From positions 30,978 to 94,977 of the IMG/VR virus record IMGVR_UViG_3300032295_001098: a DNA stretch of 64,000 nucleotides; one strand, given 5' to 3'. A program made the position numbers and the translations under genes. Below, piece by piece: positions 18,329 through 26,700 of the stretch. How positions within the stretch are numbered: the first letter of the stretch is position 1; every line of letters begins with the position of its first letter. The notes under the pieces were generated by a model, which was not told where the DNA came from, ran no database searches, and was given only the letters and a program-made list of their open reading frames with translations. The DNA comes from a virus (taxonomy: Duplodnaviria > Caudoviricetes).

Positions 18329-18346
18329 CGTTTTTCTTTCTATGAG

Positions 18347-18796
18347 TTATTTTGGATAGTTTTTTGATGTGTGATTTGCAAACCCTGCCCAGTCTGCTTG
18401 CGCAGTATCTAGTTTGAAGGTTTGTATTGCATCAAGTAGAAACTCTACCTGTGCTCTGCTGTAAAGCCTACGACCTTTTACAGATTTATTAGGAATCTGT
18501 GCAGTCTTCGGAGCGGGAGTGCGATAGGTGGCTTTAGGTACCCACCCACGTGTTTCCCACATACGAATTGTTACGGGCTTTCGGTTTACAGCAATTGCTA
18601 ACTGACCAATAGTAAACATTTGCATGTCTTCTCCATTGATCCGATAGACCTTGTAGCGAGCGCCATTAAAGCGATCACTTAATAATGAGTTTTGTTTCTT
18701 AGAAGAGGGGCGGTTCTTAGGAACACGAGAACCTGGGAAGTCAGGCAGGTCGCCAAACATCTCAAGTGCTTTGTCGCTCACGCTTTGAATGCCCAC
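18347..18796 (-). CDS. MerR-type HTH DNA-binding protein
   Basis: FTIGQLAIAVNRKPVTIRMWETRGWVP...RRLYS. Confidence 0.8.
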   Translation of the reverse strand: MGIQSVSDKALEMFGDLPDFPGSRVPKNRPSSKKQNSLLSDRFNGARYKVYRINGEDMQMFTIGQLAIAVNRKPVTIRMWETRGWVPKATYRTPAPKTAQIPNKSVKGRRLYSRAQVEFLLDAIQTFKLDTAQADWAGFANHTSKNYPK

Positions 18797-19212
18797 GTTT
18801 CTTTCTCAACATAGAACGAAGTAACAGTCTCTTCATGGTCTTTGTGTTCCCATGCAAACTTAACAAGGTTGTCCTCGTCTACGACTTCTACAATTTTCTT
18901 GATGGTGTCCCAATAACCATTGGAACGTGCCCACTGCTCTACAGCCATGACGTCCAATGAACGGGAGATACGGCGTTCACGCTTCAATTCAAATGAACCA
19001 ACTTTGAGCCATTGATGACCCTTGTCATCGGTGTAACCGAAAACGGTAACAGCCTCGGCAAGTTGCTTCTTCATATCACCTAGGCGCTTTTCAAGAATGT
19101 CAATAGTCTCTTTGGACTTCTTGAACTCTTCAGCAAGGCGCTCTAAATGCATTTCATCAAAATCTTTGATGATTGATTCTTCTGCTGGTTTTTCTCTTTT
19201 TACTGTTGCCAT
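18778..19212 (-). CDS. Hypothetical coiled-coil phage protein
   Basis: N-terminal coiled coil, DDKGHQW, ETWAF end. Confidence 0.65.
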   Translation of the reverse strand: MATVKREKPAEESIIKDFDEMHLERLAEEFKKSKETIDILEKRLGDMKKQLAEAVTVFGYTDDKGHQWLKVGSFELKRERRISRSLDVMAVEQWARSNGYWDTIKKIVEVVDEDNLVKFAWEHKDHEETVTSFYVEKETWAFKA

Positions 19213-19221
19213 CGTTTTTCC

Positions 19222-20781
19222 TTATAGTTGTGATGTTGATATGAAGTCAGACAAGGTACCGATTGTTAATTCAAACTTACCTTGGCTGTCGTAGTTTCCG
19301 TCAATAAAAGCCTCATTGATGCCACGCTTCTGTTGAAGCATTTCGTACTGGCGTTCCTCAATTGAACCTTTCATAACGAAGGATGCAACTGTAACGTGGG
19401 GGTGTAACGAAGACAACCTAATGATGCGAGCCTCTCGTTGATCCAGTTTCCCAGCGCTCCATGGCAGGTCGTAGGAGATGAGGTAGTTGGCATTTGGCAA
19501 ATCCACGCCATAACCACCAGCGTCTGACGATAAGAAGATACGGGTATTTGGGTCTGTAGCGAACTGTTGTTTAGCGGCGTCCCGTTCTTCGGCAGTCATG
19601 CCACCCATAAAAAGAACACTATTAGTCTGAGGTTTAAAAGCCGTTTGCAATAGTCGTAGGTTCTGTTTAAAGAATGAGAATAGAACAACCTTGCTATCAG
19701 GGTCACCCGACAAAATGTCAGTCACATACTCAATGACTGATGCCATCTTTGGCGCTTTGGCAGTTTCTGATAACCAACCAGCCTTGATGATCTTGTCTGC
19801 ATACTGGCTTCCATCTTTGCCTTGTGTCTCTCGGAACTTACGAGCAGAGTCATACACAAGGGCTGGGTTGTCACACAGCATGCGCAAGATAGTTAGGCGG
19901 GACATGATTTGCCCCTGCGCTTCTCCGCCACCGTCTCCACCGTTGTAGTGGGACCATAGATCAAAACCACGTCCATGTGTTGCAATGGCATTTGCTATCT
20001 CTTTTAGAAGATCTTTAGCAATTGCTTCGTAGGCAACTGCGCCAGCGTTATCAAAAGACACAGGTATTACTTGATGTATAACTTTTGGCAACTGATCTGC
20101 AATGTCTGCCCGTGTCTTACGAACCATGGACTCAGTGAGACTGTCTTGTAGTTGCTTAAGGTTTCGGTAGCGGACTGGCTTGCCGTAGTGATCACGGACA
20201 ATAAAGGTGCGGTCAAAGATGTCAAAGCGACCTAGCACTCCCTTATCTACGAACTCCATGATGGAAAATAACTCTTCTGGTTTGTTCTCAATTGGTTGAC
20301 CTGTTAGAGCGAAGCGGTAGTGGCACTTAGAGCCAAGTCGCTTGAGCAACTTAGAACGCTTTGCTCTAGGAGACTTGATGATGGTTGCCTCGTCTATGAC
20401 CATGGCGTCAAACTTAAGTGCAAGAAACTCTTTCTCGTCTTTTACCAACATCTCAGGGTTGACAATAACGTAACGACAACGCAAAGCATTGCGCCACAAA
20501 GGTGCACGAGCGGCTTTGGTACCGTCAATGACAATTGCTTTTGAGTTAGTGAACTTCTTAATCTCACGTAACCACTGGAACTTAAGTGATGAGGGAACTA
20601 CTACGGCTACACGATCAATCTCCCCGTCATCAAACAGTCGTTCAATAGCGGCAAGTGTTGTTGGTGTTTTACCAGCACCCATGACCATGGCAAGCATCAT
20701 CTGCCCACGATCAACCATGCGTTCCATGGCTTCCTGTTGGAATGGATAGAGGGTGCCGTTAAAAGTCATTACATCCACCAA
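19222..20781 (-). CDS. SNF2-family helicase
   Basis: LYPFQ, MGAGKT, VIDEAT, LTGQPIEN, GGYGVDL, QREARIIR. Confidence 0.93.
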   Translation of the reverse strand: MVDVMTFNGTLYPFQQEAMERMVDRGQMMLAMVMGAGKTPTTLAAIERLFDDGEIDRVAVVVPSSLKFQWLREIKKFTNSKAIVIDGTKAARAPLWRNALRCRYVIVNPEMLVKDEKEFLALKFDAMVIDEATIIKSPRAKRSKLLKRLGSKCHYRFALTGQPIENKPEELFSIMEFVDKGVLGRFDIFDRTFIVRDHYGKPVRYRNLKQLQDSLTESMVRKTRADIADQLPKVIHQVIPVSFDNAGAVAYEAIAKDLLKEIANAIATHGRGFDLWSHYNGGDGGGEAQGQIMSRLTILRMLCDNPALVYDSARKFRETQGKDGSQYADKIIKAGWLSETAKAPKMASVIEYVTDILSGDPDSKVVLFSFFKQNLRLLQTAFKPQTNSVLFMGGMTAEERDAAKQQFATDPNTRIFLSSDAGGYGVDLPNANYLISYDLPWSAGKLDQREARIIRLSSLHPHVTVASFVMKGSIEERQYEMLQQKRGINEAFIDGNYDSQGKFELTIGTLSDFISTSQL

Positions 20782-21698
20782 GGAAGCACTGATGCGTGCT
20801 TGATTGCATAATCTACTTCTGCGTCAGTCATGTCACCAATGTCTTTGGCGTCTGTCTTGCTGTAATCAAGGAAGAAGATACCGTCACGAAAACGTGGCAA
20901 TGCTTTTAGCAAAGTCTTAGCGGACTCAATTCCTGCTTTGTCGTTATCCATTGCAATGATCACTCGCTCTGCTGATTCAGAAAGCAAAGTCATTTGCTCG
21001 TGACTTACATGGGCACCAAATGTGGCGAGTGCTTGCATACCCCCGAATGATGATGCAAACCTCACCACATCTAGTGGTGACTCAACAAGCACAGCAGTCC
21101 TTGATTGAAAACGTTCAATACCAAAAAGAGTCCTGCTCTTCTTTATCCCAACTGGGTTGTTGTTGAAGTACTCAGGACCTTTTTCTTGCCATCCCATTAG
21201 TTCACCTAACGGAGAGACAATAGGAATTACCCATGCTTTCTTAAGCGTGTTCCATTTGATACCGTGCACTAGTGCAACGTCAGCGTCAAGGTGTCGCTTT
21301 ACTAACTCTCTGTGAGGCACCTGTTCAAAGCGACTGTACGAAACCCAATCAACTTCTGGCTGGTACTCAACACGTTCTGGAGCAGTGAGACGATTGATAC
21401 CTGTCTCAATCAACAACTGGTTAACAGCCGAAACACTGTCAGGGTTACCTGTCAACTCTGAAACAAGACCAGCAAGTGTTCCACGAGCGCCACATGAGTG
21501 ACAGATCCACAAACCGCTCTCTGCATTCATTGACCATGAAGGAGAACCATCTGCACGACCAGTGCGCTTCTCATGTACAGGACAGCATCCTGAAATCTCA
21601 CGACCACTTGTTCGGCGTACATCTACGCCAAGTTCTATAAGAACATTAGAAAGATCAGTAGTACCAGTTGTCTGTGTCGCCATTGTCATTTTCATCAA
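20769..21698 (-). CDS. DNA primase (Zn finger + TOPRIM)
   Basis: CPVH..PSWS..GLWICHSCG; LVESPLD; IAMDNDKAG; KDIGD. Confidence 0.9.
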   Translation of the reverse strand: MMKMTMATQTTGTTDLSNVLIELGVDVRRTSGREISGCCPVHEKRTGRADGSPSWSMNAESGLWICHSCGARGTLAGLVSELTGNPDSVSAVNQLLIETGINRLTAPERVEYQPEVDWVSYSRFEQVPHRELVKRHLDADVALVHGIKWNTLKKAWVIPIVSPLGELMGWQEKGPEYFNNNPVGIKKSRTLFGIERFQSRTAVLVESPLDVVRFASSFGGMQALATFGAHVSHEQMTLLSESAERVIIAMDNDKAGIESAKTLLKALPRFRDGIFFLDYSKTDAKDIGDMTDAEVDYAIKHASVLPWWM

Positions 21699-22923
21699 CC
21701 TCCGTAAAGTTCATATTTTCCCAATCCCATTTAATTCTTACTTCACCCTTAGGTGATGACCGAGACAAGATAACTCTGATGATTGCTTGGTTATCTACGT
21801 CAGGATCTGATTCCACACCGAGCACAAGGTCTGAGTCCTGTGCGAACGATGATGTGTAACCAATTGCTTCCGCCGTAATCTGTCGTGACTTCTTGTTTCC
21901 AAGTTTCCACGACAATACTTGTGTTGTCCCGATGATAGGGATATCAAAGCGCTGTGCCAACCTCTTAAGCGAGCGTGTGATATTTGTCAATGCTTGTGGT
22001 GAACCCTTTGGTTCTCCTTGCTCATCGTCCATGAGGTATACACCGTCAACGATAAGCAAACGTGGTCGGTGTTGTTGCACCTTTCCAGCAAGTGCACTTA
22101 CTGTTGTTAGAGAGTGCGTATCTTCGGTCATGATGAACGGGTGCATGTTCTTGCGAAGTTTCAGCGCTTTTGAAATACGCTCCATGTCTTGCGCAGTCAA
22201 ATCACCTCGGATGATGCGTGTATGTGGCACTCCTGAAATGATGGCGTCATAACGAGCCGCTTGCTCTTCAATACTCATTTCAAACGAAACATACATTGGC
22301 GTGATGCCGTGGCTGTGAGCCGCATCAGCCATGATCAAGGTCATTAATGATTTACCTTTTTTCGCTTCACCAACGAATGTAACCAACTGCTGAGGCCGAA
22401 GACCAGCAGTGATCCGATCAAGACCCAAGAAGCCTGTCGGAATGCCACGTAGACCGTTCGGGGTGTTACGCATTTCTTCATACTTTGCTAATCGTCCTTC
22501 CCATGATTCCATGAGGTCAATGTCTCGGAGTCGTGCAACTTCTACTGATGCCTTCTGTAGACCCTCGGAGAGTTTGTTAAAGGCTTCTTCAGTCTCGTTG
22601 TTATTAAGCGATGGGAGCGCAGATGTAATTGCGCTGACCAAGTGCTGGTGTTTGTAAGCAATATAGATTTCGTCAATGAGCGCTTGAAATGGTTCGTTCT
22701 CAGCGTTGAGCAAACGTAGGTCTGCGTACTGTTGCTTGAACACACGAGCGCTTGGCACCACGCTGTATTCACGCCAGTAGTCAAGAACCCATAGCCAGAT
22801 GTCAGACCATTCACCACTGAAGTGATCAGGGCGAAGTCCACCGTCAATGATCTCGCTGAGGTCAGCAGTCTGAATAACCTTGCTAATTAAGAGATGTTCA
22901 GTTGATGCCATTAGAAAACCCAA
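21655..22923 (-). CDS. dnaB: DnaB-like replicative helicase (start probably 22911)
   Basis: GIPTGFLGLD..TAGL, GEAKKGKS, SFEMS, IVDGVYLM, LKRLA, QDSD. Confidence 0.92.
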   Translation of the reverse strand: MGFLMASTEHLLISKVIQTADLSEIIDGGLRPDHFSGEWSDIWLWVLDYWREYSVVPSARVFKQQYADLRLLNAENEPFQALIDEIYIAYKHQHLVSAITSALPSLNNNETEEAFNKLSEGLQKASVEVARLRDIDLMESWEGRLAKYEEMRNTPNGLRGIPTGFLGLDRITAGLRPQQLVTFVGEAKKGKSLMTLIMADAAHSHGITPMYVSFEMSIEEQAARYDAIISGVPHTRIIRGDLTAQDMERISKALKLRKNMHPFIMTEDTHSLTTVSALAGKVQQHRPRLLIVDGVYLMDDEQGEPKGSPQALTNITRSLKRLAQRFDIPIIGTTQVLSWKLGNKKSRQITAEAIGYTSSFAQDSDLVLGVESDPDVDNQAIIRVILSRSSPKGEVRIKWDWENMNFTEVDENDNGDTDNWYY

Positions 22924-23351
22924 GCGCTTGTAGGAGATGAAACTGTCGCACGAATACCAAGCGCAAATGCTTGTTCTTGGTGCGGGACGAAGATTGTACG
23001 GACAGATCTCTTGAAACGCAAGTCGTATTCAAGTTCTCCTACATTTTTATAATAGAGAACAGGAAGAGACATTCCTTTACGTTGTAGCCAGTTGTCTACT
23101 GCTTCAACTGCGTCTATTGCCAAGAAGGTGTACACCTCTGCACCAATACCTAAACGATGCGTTGTGTCATAGAGCGACTTCAACGGAAGGTCGTGTGGCT
23201 CCCACAAGTTAAGAACACGGTTCCAGTTGTTGCGTGCTTTGTACAACGAACTACCAATACCTTTAAACCCTCCAGGAGGAGAAGCAAGTAGTTCTTCAAA
23301 GATAACTCCGTATCCAACATCATCGTATGACTGAATATCGTTACCGAACAT
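22911..23351 (-). CDS. Hypothetical protein (degenerate HAD-like)
   Basis: Coupled gene in the replication operon. Confidence 0.6.
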   Translation of the reverse strand: MFGNDIQSYDDVGYGVIFEELLASPPGGFKGIGSSLYKARNNWNRVLNLWEPHDLPLKSLYDTTHRLGIGAEVYTFLAIDAVEAVDNWLQRKGMSLPVLYYKNVGELEYDLRFKRSVRTIFVPHQEQAFALGIRATVSSPTSAWVF

Positions 23352-23983
23352 TAGTGCTCCAACCTGTAGTCAGCACCAGTTACTCCCATAATGAAACATG
23401 ATTGTTTGATAATGGAATGCACTCGTGGACTGTACAGAGTTGGTAACTTGTCGGGGTTGATTTCTGTTGTAAAGATTGTTGGCAGTTGCATGTCGTAGCG
23501 AGACTCAATCATGCTTGACACAGTCTTGGACATATATTCAGTCAAGCGGTCTGCATTCAAGTTGTCAACAACAACGATGTCATAAATGCGGCGCATGTAC
23601 TTAAGCAAGTTTGGATCGCCATACATCTCAGGAAGTTCACCATCGTTGTTGCGTGAGTCGTGCACCATCTCAACAAAGATGTCGTAGGAGATAAACAAAC
23701 CACTGAGTTCGTTCTTTGAAACAACTTCACGCAAAGCGGATACCGCCATGTGTGTTTTACCAAGACCTGTCTTGCCATGGATATACAAACCCATGCCGTC
23801 TTCCATTCGCTTTTCAATATTGTTTGTCCACTTGATGACAGCATCTTTGAATGCAGGAGAACCTTCGTTCTCGTCATAGTTTGCAAACGTGCTGTTCTTG
23901 TAGCGAGGTGGTATGCGCAGGTTACGAACCCGTTCTTCAACGGGGCGGTTGCGCCAGTACTTTGAACTCTTCCAGTCAGTCAT
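23351..23983 (-). CDS. DnaC/IstB-like AAA+ helicase loader
   Basis: IPPRYKNSTFANY, GLYIHGKTGLGKTH, VVVDNL, RY..QLPTIFTT; start reassigned to MTDWK. Confidence 0.88.
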   Translation of the reverse strand: MTDWKSSKYWRNRPVEERVRNLRIPPRYKNSTFANYDENEGSPAFKDAVIKWTNNIEKRMEDGMGLYIHGKTGLGKTHMAVSALREVVSKNELSGLFISYDIFVEMVHDSRNNDGELPEMYGDPNLLKYMRRIYDIVVVDNLNADRLTEYMSKTVSSMIESRYDMQLPTIFTTEINPDKLPTLYSPRVHSIIKQSCFIMGVTGADYRLEH

Positions 23984-24152
23984 GCTTTTCCATTTTGTGA
24001 GGGGGTAACGATGATACCGCACACCTGTGGTCTAAAAACGTAACTGCATCTAAAAAGTAAAGATCACAGCAAATACAATGTATATACGATCTACTCTTCG
24101 GTAAGTCTTGGGTCAATTGAGATTGAGGTCGGCTGATCGTCTTCTTTGACAT
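23976..24152 (-). CDS. 58-aa zinc-finger-like protein (not in ORF track)
   Basis: MSKKTISRPQSQLTQDLPKSRSYIHCICCDLYFLDAVTFLDHRC...; SD AAGGA; stop overlaps the DnaC start. Confidence 0.6.
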   Translation of the reverse strand: MSKKTISRPQSQLTQDLPKSRSYIHCICCDLYFLDAVTFLDHRCAVSSLPPHKMEKHD

Positions 24153-24498
24153 AGTTTTCCTTTGCGTATTTATCTAAGTTTGCTAAGAATGCTCTCCACG
24201 GCGCAACCTCCACTGGTAACGGTCTCCGTGTTATCTCTTTTACAAACGCCATGATCATGGCACGTATCTGGTCAGTTGTAAAGCCCTTGTCGGTGAGTTT
24301 CTTGAAACCCTTCATCAAGGCGGGACCATTCACTGGGGCGGTGATTCTGTCCAGCGTCTCGGTCGGGAGACTGTCACGGAAGAAGTACACCAAGTTACCT
24401 CGGGAGTCCTGTCGGGTCTGTTTTGGGGCGGGTTCTTTTTTGTCGGGGTCTTCACCTAAGCCGACGCCCCAGTCGTCAGAAAGTTTCTTCATCTTCAA
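24091..24498 (-). CDS. Hypothetical protein (helical, possibly initiator-associated)
   Basis: Lies between the HTH initiator and DnaC. Confidence 0.6.
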   Translation of the reverse strand: MKMKKLSDDWGVGLGEDPDKKEPAPKQTRQDSRGNLVYFFRDSLPTETLDRITAPVNGPALMKGFKKLTDKGFTTDQIRAMIMAFVKEITRRPLPVEVAPWRAFLANLDKYAKENYVKEDDQPTSISIDPRLTEE

Positions 24499-24961
24499 GC
24501 CTCTGATCTACTTGTGTTGAAATTTTCCCTTTCTTGTTAAATTTACTCTTGTTATATACTCTTGATTGGGTGTCACCCGTGACACTACTAGTGGTGTCTC
24601 CCGTGACACTACCTAGTGTCTCCATGGACACTACTAGGGGTGACTCGTGTGACACTACTGGGTTGTTAAAATTGACGTAATAACGGTTCGTCAAGTTCTT
24701 GTTGTTACGGGTCACACGGTGCTGTTTGACGATCAAGCCAATCTCTTCTAGGCGCTTCATGGAGCGGATTACGGTTCGGCGGTCACAGCCCAACTGGTCA
24801 GCAATGTGCTGGTAGGAGGTTGTCAGTTCCTGCGTATCTGGGTGAAGGTACTGAAGCATGTGGTTCAGTACTGCATGCGAGATGTAGTCCGTAGAGATGT
24901 ATGGAAGCACCCATCTCGGGACAGGTAAAAAAGGTCCGCTCAACTTATTGTTTCGTGCCAT
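24476..24961 (-). CDS. HTH replication initiator (lambda-O-like arrangement)
   Basis: SYQHIADQLGCDRRTVIRSMKRLEEIGLI...NRY; internal DNA repeats; SD AGGAG before MARNNK; heads the DnaC-DnaB-primase operon. Confidence 0.8.
   Translation of the reverse strand: MARNNKLSGPFLPVPRWVLPYISTDYISHAVLNHMLQYLHPDTQELTTSYQHIADQLGCDRRTVIRSMKRLEEIGLIVKQHRVTRNNKNLTNRYYVNFNNPVVSHESPLVVSMETLGSVTGDTTSSVTGDTQSRVYNKSKFNKKGKISTQVDQRLEDEETF
24570..24658. repeat. Four 16-bp palindromic iterons (putative replication origin)
   Basis: GTGTCACCCGTGACAC (24570), GTGTCTCCCGTGACAC (24594), GTGTCTCCATGGACAC (24616), GTGACTCGTGTGACAC (24640), each followed by TAC; AT-rich tract at ~24520-24563. Confidence 0.8.
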
Positions 24962-24992
24962 ACTGCTCCTCAGGTTGTTATCTAGGGTCGCC

Positions 24993-25002
24993 ATGCTACA
25001 CT
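24993..25002. promoter_or_regulatory. Overlapping divergent -10 elements
   Basis: Plus strand TGcTACACT (extended -10, 24994-25002); minus strand TAGCAT (24998-24993) facing the initiator gene. Confidence 0.5.
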
Positions 25003-25008
25003 CTCGCT

Positions 25009-25144
25009 AGTCGCTTTAGCACTTCCCTGATCGGGTGCTAAAGTGGGCATAGTGTTGGGGGGAGGGCGACCTCCTCAGGAACTACAGAGCAAGGGTCTTT
25101 CCCTCCTTTCTGCCCTTGCCCTTGTTAACGGCCCTCCCTTCAAC
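25009..25144 (+). ncRNA. Candidate structured small RNA with anti-SD loop
   Basis: Hairpin 25012-25045; 14-bp stem 25054-25067/25131-25144 with G-U pairs; inner stem GCAAGGG/CCCTTGC enclosing CCTCCTTTCT. Confidence 0.55.
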
Positions 25145-25159
25145 CGCTAAACTATGTTC

Positions 25160-25324
25160 ATGGCATCTAAAAAAGAAGTATGGGATAAACCCAATCCAAA
25201 GAAGAAGTCAACCAAGTTGACACCTGACCAGAAGTCAGAAGCAAAGGCTCGTGCTAAAGCCGCTGGTCGTCCATATCCAAACCTTGTTGACAACATGGCT
25301 GTCTCCAAGAAAGGTAAGAAATAA
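25160..25324 (+). CDS. 54-aa basic protein (not in ORF track; leaderless)
   Basis: MASKKEVWDKPNPKKKSTKLTPDQKSEAKARAKAAGRPYPNLVDNMAVSKKGKK*; TAAACT 6 nt upstream; TAATG coupling. Confidence 0.8.
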   Translation: MASKKEVWDKPNPKKKSTKLTPDQKSEAKARAKAAGRPYPNLVDNMAVSKKGKK

Positions 25325-25593
25325 TGGCTGAGAGTAAGAAAGACCCACGACTTGCACGTGCAGGTGTGTCTGGTTTCAACAAACCAAAAGCAACACCTGA
25401 CCACCCAACTAAGTCGCATGTTGTTGTTGCTAAAGAAGGCGACAACGTTAAGACCATTCGCTTTGGGCAACAGGGCGTCAAAGGTTCACCTGATGGTTCC
25501 GCACGCAATGCTTCGTTCAAGGCACGTCATGCCAAGAACATCTCTAAAGGAAAGATGTCTGCCGCCTATTGGGCTGACAAGGTGAAGTGGTAA
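25324..25593 (+). CDS. Small basic viral protein (FG...R..FKARH...SAAYWA..W type)
   Basis: KSHVVVAKEG..KTIRFGQQG...RNASFKARH...MSAAYWADKVKW. Confidence 0.8.
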   Translation: MAESKKDPRLARAGVSGFNKPKATPDHPTKSHVVVAKEGDNVKTIRFGQQGVKGSPDGSARNASFKARHAKNISKGKMSAAYWADKVKW

Positions 25594-26415
25594 CTAAATA
25601 GTTGCACCGAAGCCAAACAACTGTTTGACTTCTTCCACGTTTGCAGGACGGCTCATGATCACTCCGCTAGGGAATGTTGCCGTAAGCATGCAGGTGTCAT
25701 AAGAATTAGTAACTGCTCGGTCGTTTTGAGCACTACTTACAACATGGAATGTACCTAGATCAATAGGTGGCAAGATGTCTACTTCTTCTACTTCGGTATC
25801 TTCAATAATTGGGTCTGGCATCGTAACGTCATTGAGTATTGCATCAACGATTTGTTCTTTAGTCATGGTCGTTCCTACTTGGATACCTTGAGCCTTTGCG
25901 TTCTTGCGAAGGACACCAATAGACATTGACAACATTTCAGCACGGCTAAATGGTTCAATCTCAACTTCTTCAGTAGGTACTGGTGTTGCTTTCTCTTCGT
26001 GTGTAATGTCCACAACAATTGGGACCAATCCATTAGTCAAGTCCAGGATTGTTACACCAGCGTCAGCCGCATCAAAACAGATCTCTTCCATTTCAGGTAC
26101 TAATGTGTCATCCCAAAGAAGCAAAAGAGTTCCTTTGGTCTTTGACAAATAGTGAATGATGTCCCTTGCTGGGTTTGCATCTAGTCGTTCAATTGAAGCC
26201 TTCTCAATAAACTCCGCAGGAGCCTTACCATTGTGGGTAAGCATGAAATCAACTTCCATGTCAATCAACCAGTTGATTACTCTTGACTCTGACTCTGATG
26301 GCTTGGCACCACAGGTAACAATAAAGTTGTTATCTACGCCCAGTTCATTAAGAGCATCTTCAATGATGTTCTTGCTGGTTCTACCTGTTCCTAAAATCCC
26401 ATATTTCTTTAGCAT
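25594..26415 (-). CDS. Rossmann/SLOG-like N-domain plus Rho-N/HeH-like helical motif
   Basis: YGILGTG start; MLSMSIGVLRKNAKAQGI...MTKEQIVDAIL; acidic. Confidence 0.45.
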   Translation of the reverse strand: MLKKYGILGTGRTSKNIIEDALNELGVDNNFIVTCGAKPSESESRVINWLIDMEVDFMLTHNGKAPAEFIEKASIERLDANPARDIIHYLSKTKGTLLLLWDDTLVPEMEEICFDAADAGVTILDLTNGLVPIVVDITHEEKATPVPTEEVEIEPFSRAEMLSMSIGVLRKNAKAQGIQVGTTMTKEQIVDAILNDVTMPDPIIEDTEVEEVDILPPIDLGTFHVVSSAQNDRAVTNSYDTCMLTATFPSGVIMSRPANVEEVKQLFGFGATI

Positions 26416-26424
26416 CGTTTTCTC

Positions 26425-26700
26425 CTATTTTAATGATTTGCGTTGTGACATGTCCCCCACAAGCGTAATCATTCGGAGTACACCGTGGCAGGCGCCAGCC
26501 AGTGTAGCGACAACAAGACCCGAAGTCCACATGTCTTCAATACTTAAAACAAAAGATGCGCCGTATCCAAATACAACGCCAGCAAGAATCTTGACCCAAG
26601 GCATCGCTTCCCTTGGAGTTAATACGTTTAGTAGTTGAACCAATTTGTATACCGCTAACCCAGCGATTATGTAGTTCATAAAGCCTTTCCAGGAATCCAA
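26425..26700 (-). CDS. Small membrane protein (start probably 26679)
   Basis: Three hydrophobic segments. Confidence 0.7.
   Translation of the reverse strand: MDSWKGFMNYIIAGLAVYKLVQLLNVLTPREAMPWVKILAGVVFGYGASFVLSIEDMWTSGLVVATLAGACHGVLRMITLVGDMSQRKSLK

Noticed and set aside
24570-24658. Palindromic repeats as a mini-CRISPR array
   Set aside because: Units are 16 bp with 6-8 bp gaps inside a coding gene, which fits iterons
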